A stretch of DNA of 22,651 nt from Cyanophora paradoxa CCMP329 (Eukaryota; Plantae; Glaucophyta): contig QPMI01000155.1 in NCBI GenBank assembly GCA_004431415.1, forward strand, positions 1 to 22,651. Reading direction: 5' to 3'. The notes below the pieces were generated by a model, which saw only the letters and a program-made list of their open reading frames with translations, searched no databases and was not told the DNA's origin. Positions within the stretch are counted from its first letter, which is position 1. Each line of letters begins with the position of its first letter. Below, in pieces: positions 1 through 10,198 of this stretch. A program made the position numbers and the translations under genes.

Positions 1-3000
1 CGGAGACGACGGGCGGGGCCGCATCCCAACGGCACCCGACGTGCTCCCCGATCGCTCAGACTGGGCGAAGACGCAGAACTGGCGCTGAAGGAGACTTCCA
101 CGACGAGAGGTACGCCCTCGTCAAAGCACCCGCATGTGAAGGCCGACATCACGGACTGGGCGCACCGCCACCTGTACGAGACATCATCGGCGGGCCCAAG
201 GTGCCGGCGCGATTCCGGGTGGGGTACGGGCGGCGGAAGCACGGGAGGTGGGGTACAGGCACCGGGTGGGGTACAGGCACCGGGGGTGGGGGTACAGGCA
301 CGGGGGGCGGAGGGGCTCCAGTGGCACGCCCGTGGAGGGGGCGGGGTAGCAGCGGCTCGGGTGGCGGCGGCTCGGCGGAGAGAGCGGCGGAGGGGGTACG
401 CTCGTGCCGATCCTTGGTACAACAACGGAATCTTCGGCGCGGCCCTGATTGCAGCGTGCAAAGTACTACAGGGATCGGAAGGCGTACGAAAGGGACATTG
501 CAGAGCTGCAGAAAGATAACAAAACGATCGTTTACTCAGACGAGCAGGTGAGAATACTGGCAGAGGAGCTGAAGACAAGGGAGCGGCAATTTTAACGAAA
601 TGAGGACAGCGGCCGAGAAAAAGATAGCGGACGATTTGAAAGAGGCGAGCGATAGAATTGAGAAATCCCTGGAGGCCGAGGAGAAAGCCGAGATCCGGAA
701 GAGAGAGGCCGATAGGATCGTGGAAAACGCGATAAGGGAGGCAAAGGAGCAGGCAAGGACCGAGCTGGAGAAAACTGGACATGGAAATAGCAAACAAGGT
801 CAACATAGCAAACGAGGTCGAAGAGGGCACAAAGATGCTGGACGATGAGCGAAAGGCAGCGAGAGGAGCAAGCCAGAAAAGCAAAGGAGGATTTAAGGCA
901 GCTCGAACTGCGAGAACAGGAGAGGCAGAAGGCAGAGGGCTCGCATCCACCATACGATTCAACCTAGAGCAGCAAGTGAAAACGCTGACGGCCGAGCTGC
1001 AGAGGATAGGGACGGCTGTGCCAAGGGGCACAATGGAACGCAGCGACGAGCCAAGGCCCGATCCAAGGCCGGCCGCCGAGAGGCTGCCCTTCGCGCGGCT
1101 GGGTAGGAGCGACCAGGTGGAAGAGCTCATTGGCCTCACGCTCGAGGATCAGAGGCCCTCTTCGACGCGTTAGAGCAGCGGCGCAGGGCGGACGAGGAGG
1201 CAGCTGCCAAGACAGAAGAGGAACGACTGAAGGCAATGCAAACTGCATCAGACGAGGAATTTGCACGGCTGGAGGAGCCGAAGGTAGCGGAGCGTAAGCG
1301 ACGACTGGAGACGTTCAGGGGGGCGCAGATGGATTTTTACCGCTCGGAGCTCAAAAGACTGAAAGAAGGAAATGCATCGGGGGACAGGCTCCGCGCCATG
1401 GAAGAACATGCGCGACTTTAGCTACGTTATGGATCAGCTGACGGGAAGGGGTCAGAAAGACGCCGAAGAACTGAGGAGAAAGATGGCCGATGAGAAGTGG
1501 AAAAACTTTGAGCGTCAGGCTGTTCAGAGGCCCATCAGCGATGCCATCTGGATAGCATACGGCGACGTGGAGGAGATGCACAGAGAACTGCGGACGGAAG
1601 CGAGCCTGTGGCGGGGAGCCCTCGAATGGTCACTGTACCGGATACAAAAGGGAGTTTTGGCAGAGCTGCGAGCCAATCCGAAAACGGTGAGCGCGGGCGC
1701 ACAGAGCGCGTACCTCTCCATGGTCGATTACGTGGGCAAGCTGAGCAAATTTTGGGAAATGCGAAGAGCCATCATTCCAGCGGAGGGGCTCGCGCAGTAC
1801 GATGCCATGGTGCGCGATCTGGAGGCCTTCAAACGTGAGCACCCACCCGCCAAATACAAGATTCACATAGATACGACGGCATTCATGGGCGATCTAAGGA
1901 AGAGAGGAGACGAGGCCAAGAGTCAGATCGAGGAGCGCTACAGAAAGGCCCAAGCGGACAAGGAGTACGCAAACAGGGTGATCGAAGAGCGGAAGCAGCA
2001 AGCCAAGGAGAACGCGGCGAGACGCAACGCCGAGATAGAAGAGCAGAGGCGGAAGATCGCAGAGCGCAAGGCGGCAGAGGAAGAGGCAAGAAAGACCAAG
2101 GTAGAGACAGAGTACCAAGCATTGAAACGGGAGGCCAATCAAATATTAAAACGAAGGGGAAGGGCGTACGCCGATGAGGGCGCGGGCGTGGCTTGGCCAG
2201 CCCGACGACATCACACTCGCGGAGAGGGACGACGTTTCCGTGAGGAGATGCGCCCGGGCACGCCGCCTGCCCTCCGAGGGCGTGTTTCAGACGCTCGACA
2301 GGCGCGTGATGGGCGACTCGGACGTTATTTGCGCAACGCCCTCATGCCCTACGGCGACTGGAACCGCGCCACCGCCGACGCCCTCGCCGATTTCGACCTC
2401 GAGCGATTCACCACCAAAGAGCAGCGCGACGCGTACCTGGGGCGCCCGAGGCAAGGCGGCCCGGGGTGGCCAAGGAGGCCCTCAGCGCCGAGACGCTCTT
2501 CTCGCGGGGTACGGCGAACAACGACGGCATGTCTTTCGGGGCAGCCGATTTATTTCAGGGGGCGGGCATCGACTTGGTGGGCGCCGGGCTCGGGGGTACG
2601 GGCTCGCGGGCCATGCGGCGGGCGGGCGCGGCGGCGGCGGCCTTGGGCTGGCGACGGCGGGGCCTGCTCTCGGCCTACCAGGCGCTCTCGCAGGGCAAGA
2701 TAGGGGAGGCCGAGTTCTTCGATACGTTCCGCGATCAGATGATCATGACGGTCGGCTCTTTTGGCCTTCAGACGGGCATGTCGTCCGCCCTGAGCGCCCT
2801 CACGAAAATGAGGATCGGCACGGTGGGCGGACTTGGCCTGTCCATCCTCGCGGGCGCCATCGCGCAGGTGATCGTGGATATCATCAACGGGCGCAGCGCG
2901 GAAGAAATCGTGAAGAACTTTTTCAAGTACCCCGTCGACTGGGCGACCGACACCATACAGTTCATCGCGGAGCTCTCGCAACAGATCTACGACTGGGGCG

Positions 3001-3639
3001 TCGAGACGTGGGCGACGAGGCGAGCCAGCTGCGCAACCGAATTAATCGGCTGGAGGGCGAGCTGGGCTCCGGATTTTTGGGTGTGTACGACCCCTCGGAG
3101 GCGCGCGAAATGGCCTCGCTCTTGGCCCAGGAGCTGCGGTTAAACGAAATCAAGGAGCCGAAGGAGCTGCAGGCCTTCATTCGCGCGCTCGACAACAGCA
3201 TCAACGATTACCGTACCCCCAAGGACCAGAAGACCCTGCTCGAAATCGATCGCGCGACCGTGCTCTTCCTCTCCCAGCTCACCGTTAAAATGCAGGAGGG
3301 CTTCGGGTCGACTTCGCTCGCCCTGAGTCGACTTATGCGCGACCTGAAGCAGATGATAAAGGAGGAGACCAAGGGGCGGAAGCGCGTCTTAATTGCCGTC
3401 TACCAGGAGGGCCTCAACAGGATCAATCACATCGAAGCCCTAAGGCGCGAATTCGGCTCGGCCATCCGTCACTCGGGCGTCTCGTCGAACGGAGGGGCGC
3501 AGGTGGCCCGCCTGGCGGACGCCAACTCGCGCCTCGAGATTCCCGGGACCTTCCGCATGCAGGATTGGTGGGAGGCCGAGGCCTTCAGGAATTACGGGGC
3601 CTTCATAGACAACGGGATCAATTCGCAGAGCCCCAAGGC

Positions 3640-4110
3640 AAACTGGCTGGTACCCAAGGCCTACGTCGATAAATTGGTTGACAGGCCTGCAGCACCATAC
3701 ACCAAGAAGATCGCCAAAGGCATCGAGTACTGGGCGCCCGAGCCAGGCCAGCCCGTGTTTGCATCGCAGAACTACGAGTGGCACATGGCGCCGGGGGCGA
3801 GCCAGGCCGTGAGCACCGTGGGCGTTGCCGTGCCGCAGCTGGCGACGGTGGCACACACGGGGGCGTATGCAGATCTCAGCGGGAGGCCGACGATACCCGT
3901 GATACCAACAACGTGGGCGTGGGATAGCATCACGGGAAGCCGAGTACGTATCCCCACGCAGACCACCAGCACACCATCTCTCAGATCACGACTGACGGCC
4001 CCGGACTTGACGAACATCTCCGTGATTGACAACGTAACGGGCAAGCCACTTACCTTCCCCCCTCTACACACATCACAATGTGTACTGGATAATGTCATCG
4101 ACCGACCCAC
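3640..4110 (+). other. Phage-type tail-fibre repeat region
   Basis: LATVAHTGAYADLSGRPTIP matches the recurrent fibre motif LAxVAxSGxYxDLxxKPTIP. WDSITG(K)PSTYP and NVTGKPLTFPP match the W/xxITGKPxTFP fibre repeat. A KAYVD neck-like motif precedes them. Confidence 0.75.
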
Positions 4111-5242
4111 TCCTCCCACCCTCTACGCACAGTCAACAGAGTACTCGCTCACCAGCCACGGCACAGAAAGTGACATGGATGCGTACATAACGCACGGCAC
4201 GTCCTTCCACTCCTACGCTGCGTACAGAGTTTAACATCAATTCAACATACACGTGACGTTCAACATTACATTCGACAGGCGTACGACACTGGAGCGGACT
4301 GGGACCCAGCAACCCAACGCGTTATTAACGTAACCCCCTCGTTCGACATCAATCCGGCGCAGCACGGATGTCGATTCTTACGGGCCAACGTCACGGCGTG
4401 AGTCACACTGCTTTACAGTTAAGTGAGATTCCACCAGAATGACGGTCACGCCCACCCAAATTGTCCAGCTTTATCATTGACCGCATCGCAAGTGCTTATG
4501 TAATCGATTTTCTGATGCAATCCAAATGTCGTCGCTGTCCCTCTATTTACCTATGCTGCCAGCGTGAATCACAAGGGCGATCACACGATAAGAGACCACC
4601 CTCGAAACCAGGCCACCGAGGCCCCTACAACGCCACGCCGTCCCCTTTCCGAGGCCGACCTCGTCGCGGGCGAGCTCGCTGCGACAAGATGCGCACGCGG
4701 GAGGGCGGTCGCCGTGCCGGGGCGCGTGAGGACGCAGAGCTCACCGTCACGAACGGGCCTGGACGGAGCGGTACACCACGAATCAGTGACCTTAATGACT
4801 GTGAACGGGAGGGAATGCGGCTCTGTATGTGCAAGAGGCGGAGCAAACGTGTGGGGGCTTAGGGTGAGCGGGCTTCAAACTTGCGGGCATCGTTACATTG
4901 GACGATAAGCTGCAATTACCGGAACGCCACCGTACATAAATGGCGTGGTTCAGCTACTATAAAGTACAACGAAAACGATAGACTCCTTGTGGGACTCTTG
5001 GCGTTGGTGTTACAGTCTCTATTTACCTCGGCAATCGAAGGCCCTACTAATGGCCTAAGCATAGCAAACACTTCAATCGTTGATAGCGAAGCGTCAGCGT
5101 CGCTCGTCTATCCTTGAGAAACAACGCACCGAACGACTGCTGTGCGAACCGTCGCGTGCATCACGGTCGCTCATCGTCTCGACGCTCACGGGCGATGGAA
5201 ACCGAGCCGTTTATTCGATGCTCAAGATACCTGACAAACTCG

Positions 5243-5545
5243 TCGAGCGATACCGCCTGAAAGAAAATGTCGCGAGCATGTCGGGCATTCTCCTCTTCTG
5301 CTGCAGCTGAATCCCGTGTCGTTCACCTGGAAGAACACATCCTCGGGGTTCGAAAACGGATTACGGTCTCATCGCACAGGAAGTCCAAGGCGTCCTTCCG
5401 AGTCTCGTTTTCGAGAACGCGGATGGATTTCTCGGGTAAACTACGACAGCTCATTTCCCTGTCGTTGAAGCAATTCAGGAACTTTCACAAGAAGTCAAAC
5501 TCTCAAAGACCAGTAGCGCACTGGCGAGCTGATCGGAACAACTAG
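5243..5545 (+). other. Peptidase S74 / intramolecular chaperone domain of tail fibres (frameshifted)
   Basis: Reading across small indels gives SSD-RLKENV...LLQLNPVSFTWKN...DYGLIAQEVQGVLPSLV..NADGFL-VNYD-LI--VVEAIQELSQEV, the canonical SDxRLK / GxIAQEV / VxY / AIQEL pattern. Confidence 0.9.
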
Positions 5546-5551
5546 GAATAA

Positions 5552-7647
5552 CTACACCGCGAGTATCACAATTCGACCGTGCCACGTCGCTGAAGACGAG
5601 CCACCGTTGCCGCCCCTACCAATGCCTGCTGCGTAGTGAGCGTTCCGCTATTTCCTGCCACTGCCGACCCAGGATACACCGTAGCATCCTCAAGTTCCTA
5701 TGTAGCTCGAGCCACCGCCACTCCAAACATCTCTTGCTATTGGTTCTCTGACACTCCGCTCCTGCTGGACCCAGAGCCTCCACCGAAGTAACCACCACCA
5801 CCACCACCGAACCTGTAGCCGCTTGAATCAGGCCCAGTCTCTCCACCTTGGCGCAAAGTTCCCGGGTTGCTGGGCCTGGCCCCTGAGGCCACAACACCGG
5901 CTCCGCCAGCGGTTTGGGTGCCTCCTTGAGCCGGTATCTCTCCGGTTACTCCAACCAACCCAGCCGCACCACCGGTCAACCCCCCGCCTACTCCCCCGCC
6001 GCCATTCGAATCACATGTACCCCCACCTCCGGCCCCTGCAACAACCAAGTCGGTCCCTGCAACGCGCTGAATTGCAGAACGACCACCACCGGCGCCGTTT
6101 TTGTACTCCGATCGGACGCTATGGCTCCACCCTTCACCACCTCCAGACGGTAGCAGTGCAGTCCCCGATACACCCTTTGGGCCGCCGCATCCAACAACAA
6201 GGATGAGCGTCCCCCGAGGACACAGCCAATGTACCAACTACGCAAGCACCGCGCCTCCAGACCCCGTACCTGCCGTTCTCCGCCTCCACCCCGGCCGCCC
6301 ATACGATGACACGCACAGCCACAGTCCCCGTTGGTACTACGAAAGTCTGGTCGGCCCCGTGTAGGAGAATGTACCCAAAACAGGAGCGTTTGCAGTTGTT
6401 GCACTGGCAGACGAGGACTGAGGGCCTTCCTCGCCGATCTGGTTGACGCCCTTGATGGTGTAAGTGTAAGTGGTTCCGTAAACGGTCGTTGTGTCCGAAA
6501 AGGGGCTGCTCGTGTCGCTGGCAAGGAACACGCCACCCTGTAGATGTTGTAGGAACGGTGACGCCCGTCACCGGCACCGACCACTCGAGCACAACAGGCT
6601 GTGCTGCCCCGCCGCGGGGGTTGCAGTGAGCCCAGTGGGCGCCCCCGGGTCCGTGGTGACGTCGCCGCAATACTCTTCGGCCCCTCCCTCCCGTGTTCGT
6701 CGCGGAGATCTGGTACTCGTACCCTGTACCCCAGACGGTGGTCGTGTCGCTGTAGGAGTGGTCGCGGAGTCTGTGAGGTAGGCCCCGTCTCTGTAAATCT
6801 TGTATCCCGTCGCTCCGTGGACGCAGTCCAGCTGAGGCTGACAGGCTGCTGCTGGTCGTTGGGTGCTGATGCCGTCACGTTCGTGGGGCGTTTGGCATAG
6901 TCCAACCAGGAGCGGATCGGACTTGTCGTATTCGACACCGCCCACGATGCCGGCCACCTGGTAAGAGTATTCCGTGCCCACGTAAGAGCAGTGCTATCGT
7001 CAATGTACGAGGTAGACAGGGCACTGCTCGCAAATCCGATTGGCGTACCGTTCCTGTAAATTCGAATCGAGTCCGCGCCCTCCATGGCACCCAGTTGATT
7101 GTGACGACTATGGCGGGTTTCGGGAAGCCCGAAGACGCGGGGCCGCCCCGGCAATAAAATCGCCGTAGGTCTGGGCCGTGGCGGTCGTGAGCGTGGTGTA
7201 GGCTTCGATCTGCGGGCTGAAGCCGCCTATGCCTTGGAAGAGAATGTAATTGCTCATGGCACCCTCGTGGGTGTAGAGAAGCGACTGTGCGTAGGTTGTG
7301 GGCGGGGCTTTGCCATCAGAGCCCGTGCTGCTGCTGCCCTGTTCGCGAACCGCCGCCACGCGGTAGAGTCGCTGGGCCCCAAACTAAAGGGAGAGTCCGT
7401 GTAGGTGACGGTTGGCGCATTCACCGTGGCCACGAGATCCAGGGGCCGTTGATGCTGGTCGCCTGTACACCTTGTACTTGACGGCGTTGGTGACGCGACC
7501 CAGTTCAGCTGAAAGCCGTACGTACTGTTCCCGTTGTTGAGCACGGAGCCGATCGCACCTGGGGCTGCCCACAGTCAGCGAGATCGGCTCCACGCCATAC
7601 TGCGGAGCCTGCACCACCTGCTTTTTCACGAATACGAAGCGGGGCAT
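5552..7647 (-). pseudogene. Fibronectin type III repeat protein with C-terminal glycine-rich (ALK/LTK-like Gly-rich) domain; frameshifted
   Basis: AAAATG start at 7647 (MPRFVFVKK). About 4 FN3-like units (FQLNWVAS..AVKYKVYR; RPTNVTAS..VSLSWTAS..GATGYKIYRDG; GAPTGLTATP..VVLEWS..YNIYR; YTYTIKGVNQIGEEGPQSS). Then [56 protein letters not shown], with stop at 5552-5554. Confidence 0.8.
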
Positions 7648-7684
7648 TTTCCTCTACGATCCGAAAAAATATCTGCCCGGGTAA

Positions 7685-9188
7685 ATGACTTCCAACTGGT
7701 ACCAGACCCTCAGCGGCTCACTTGACGTTGGCAACAACACCAAGGATTTCGCACGCATACCCTCCGGCAGTTACGTCGACGTCTTTCTGCAGAATCCCGT
7801 CGTGATTCAGGTCGTTCAGAACGCCTACGCCACGCCAAGATTTATTCCTACCAGCTCTTCTTCGACCCTCTGAGCCTCAGCGCAGAGGTTATCGAGCTGC
7901 TGCACGAATCAGGACTCGTGAAAAAGGTGGCACCTGCCACGGCCACTGCCAACGTCTTGCGCTGTCTCGAGGTCAAGTTCAGGGAGACGGGTACGGCCCA
8001 CCGTGAACCGGTACCCCAGTTCTTCGAATCTTCGGGTACGGGAACTTACCAGATGAGGGGTACGCTCAAGGGCGACGTGCTCTTCACGAAATTCAATCCA
8101 AGTCCCGCGACCCTGGGGCCCTCTACACGGGCGGCAACCCACGCGGCTCGACTCTACCCGCTTCCCTTCACCTTTTTCAGGTTCCAGGTCTTCCCCTCTC
8201 CTACGCCGCCGACCAGCCCCACTTCAGCACGGGCGCCAGCCTCTGCGCGGAGCTGCGTGAGTGCTCGATTTCCTACGCGTACGGCACCGACGCTGACTCT
8301 GTGCCTGGGGCCCGCGTCATGAACATCGGTGGCGACATCACCCTCTTTCACGGATAATCTTTCTCATTTGAGGTCGCAAAATGCCGACCACCTCGGCCAC
8401 CATCGTGAAGACCGTGTCTGCCGGCTCGATCGTCCCCGATTCTACGGCAACGCTGGGAACGTGGCCAACGCAGGGACGGACAAGGTGGAGTGGGACGGAA
8501 ACTACGCCACCCGCTCACCGTGAGGGTCCAGAATCCCGTCATGTTGCGCGTCACCTCCAACGATTTCGAGAATCCCGCCTCCTGCTCCGTGTACGTGTAC
8601 TTTGACATCGACTCGGGCGTGAGCGCGGATGAGGCGGAGGCGCTCTGGCTCTCGGCCTCCTGAAAAGATAGAGCCCTCTGTGCCTGATCGGCCCGCCATT
8701 CGCGTGCTCGAACTCAAGTTCACCGCTAACACCGCCCTCACTCGCAAATTCGGGAATGGTGCGAATCCGAACATCAAAACGCATTTAGATGGCGCCCTCA
8801 TCGATGCCACACACAAGACCACGCAGGCCGTTCCCTTTGAGATGTACAACCTCTGGAAGATGACCGCAAAGGAGATGATGACGAATGCCACCACGGGCGG
8901 CGCCTCGGGTACCGATTATTCATACGGCGCCTCGAATCCCCGTACCCAGGTCTGGCCCCGGCTCCTCTTCACGAAATTCACTTTCAAATTGTACAACAAC
9001 ATCGCCGGAATGCCTACCTCTGGAATGGTCGTGGCTCTACCCTCATGGCCGAACTAATTGAGGCAGAGGCGGACTACACGACTGCGACTACCAACTCGAC
9101 AGCGCCAGGCGCCGGAGCCGAAGTTTACGTGGCCTGGGAAACGGTCGGTCGCGAGTACGACACCAAGATTCACACCACTAGCGTCTAG
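7685..9188 (+). pseudogene. Beta-rich structural protein with an internal duplication; candidate jelly-roll capsid or penton protein (~500 aa if joined); frameshifted
   Basis: Fragments 7685-7873, 7918-8322, 8629-9057 and a tail ending ..EVYVAWETVGREYDTKIHTTSV* (TAG 9186-9188). Thr/Val/Asn/Phe-rich. Repeated motifs LRCLEVKF / IRVLELKF and VLFTKF / LLFTKF. The capsid identity is inference only. Confidence 0.45.
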
Positions 9189-9224
9189 ACTGGCTAAGCT
9201 GCATTAGCACCTGTGTCGCCTCCA

Positions 9225-9541
9225 TCATCTCCCGAATCTCCTCGCTCTTCTCCTGTAAATTGGCGTACCCCTCCTCTTCTTGCGAATCTCCGACATTGAT
9301 GCCCAGCGCAGGTTCTCCCTCCTGTAGTCCAGCGGGTTGCCGTTGATGTGTTCCACGTAGCGTCCACGTGGCGACTTCCCGAGGATCAGCTGGGAGAGGT
9401 AGTGCTTGCGCCCTCCAAACGTCTTGCTCACCCTGTCCCTGTCACTCTCCAGGGAAACTCCAAGGCACTCGGGGGTACGTCCGAGTTGACCAGGACGTTG
9501 TAGGCGACGTCTTGCGAGTCGGTGCACCGGAGCAGGGCCAT
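9225..9541 (-). CDS. HNH endonuclease-like protein (HNH_3 type) with degenerate active-site residues; one apparent frameshift near 9445
   Basis: CAAAATG at 9541 ([21 protein letters not shown]). YLSQLILG...[28 protein letters not shown] resembles the phage/NCLDV pattern VDHINGxxLDNRxxNLRxxTxxEN. Confidence 0.8.
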
Positions 9542-9562
9542 TTTGCCCTAGGTTCAGAAAAA

Positions 9563-9694
9563 CCTGGGACTTGGGACTTGGGACTTGGGACTTGGGACTT
9601 GGGACTTGGGACTTGGGACTTGGGACTTGGGAAGAGTTGAAACCCAGGTCCCGGCCCAGACTTTCTCCAGGATCAGAAATTTGTCAGACAAGTC
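9563..9694 (+). repeat. G-rich heptamer array element, copy 1: CCTGGGAC(TTGGGAC)8TTGGGAAGAGTT plus conserved tail
   Basis: Read directly; the tail is similar to those of copies 2 and 3. Confidence 0.95.
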
Positions 9695-9713
9695 AGGTGA
9701 GTTTTTCTACCGA

Positions 9714-9787
9714 CTTTTTTACTCCTACCACTCCTCATACTCTTTTTTACTCGTAGTCTTTTTTACTCGTAGTCTTTTTTACTCGTA
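9714..9787 (+). repeat. T-tract tandem repeat CTTTTTT(T)ACTCGTAGT x3 plus one degenerate copy
   Basis: CTTTTTTACTC-type units at ~9714, 9742, 9758 and 9774. Confidence 0.85.
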
Positions 9788-10008
9788 TCCCATCTCGTAC
9801 CCTCCTTCTCTCGACATCTCACACGAAAACTCCTACCCTCTTCACATCCGTTTTCGGTTGCATACTCTCGTGAGCTTTCATGTCCAGTATCATGCTACAA
9901 GTCGTACACCAGTTCAGACTCTACCTCGCTTGAAATCTCACCTGGAATGTCACCAGAAACGTCATATGCAGATTTCCGTACCCTCTACATGTCTGCCCGG
10001 TGGTTAGG

Positions 10009-10127
10009 GACTTGGCGCGGCAAACTCTCAGATCCAGAGAGATTCTGGGCCCAGACCCTGAGTCTAACTCTTCCCAAGTCCCAAGTCCCAAGTCCCAAGT
10101 CCCAAGTCCCAAGTCCCAAGTCCCAGG
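10009..10127 (-). repeat. G-rich heptamer array element, copy 2 (6 TTGGGAC units), inverted relative to copy 1
   Basis: The minus strand reads CCTGGGAC(TTGGGAC)6TTGGGAAGAGTTAGACTCAGGGTCTGGGCCCAGAATCTCTCTGGATCTGAGAGTTTG. Confidence 0.95.
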
Positions 10128-10198
10128 ATCGCGCCAAGTCGTAACTGAATAGTCGGCCAATTTTTACAAGTATGTACAATGGAATGACGCAATACTAT

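Larger units (their letters stand above)
1..5545 (+). pseudogene. Giant virion fibre-like protein (>1800 aa if joined): Gly-rich linker, hydrophobic segment, coiled coil, hydrophobic bundle, tail-fibre repeats, C-terminal peptidase S74 chaperone. Multiply frameshifted; 5' end outside window.
   Basis: Overlapping + strand ORF fragments (600-848, 781-1173, 1236-1421, 1372-2703, 2466-3143, 2174-4234) join by 1-nt shifts. Motifs: LVPKAYVD, LATVAHTGAYADLSGRPTIP, WDSITG(K)PSTYP, DNVTGKPLTFPP. Continuity across 4234-5240 is less clear. It could be an intact gene with sequence errors, or two genes. Confidence 0.6.

Noticed and set aside
1-9541. Bacterial prophage or contractile injection system
   Set aside because: No terminase, portal, sheath, baseplate or lysis genes, and no Shine-Dalgarno pattern. 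It is contiguous with spliceosomal genes and includes a probable intron. A chimeric assembly is not fully excluded.
9700-10000. Coding sequence in the spacer between arrays 1 and 2
   Set aside because: The minus-strand frame has an internal stop and no clear start; the plus-strand ORF 9585-10007 is repeat-derived and low complexity.
9368-10179. ORFs containing (GTWDLGL)n or (PKSQVPS)n peptides, and the N-terminal extension of ORF 11606-12298
   Set aside because: These are translation artefacts of a stop-free heptamer repeat; a better AAAAATG start exists at 12076.
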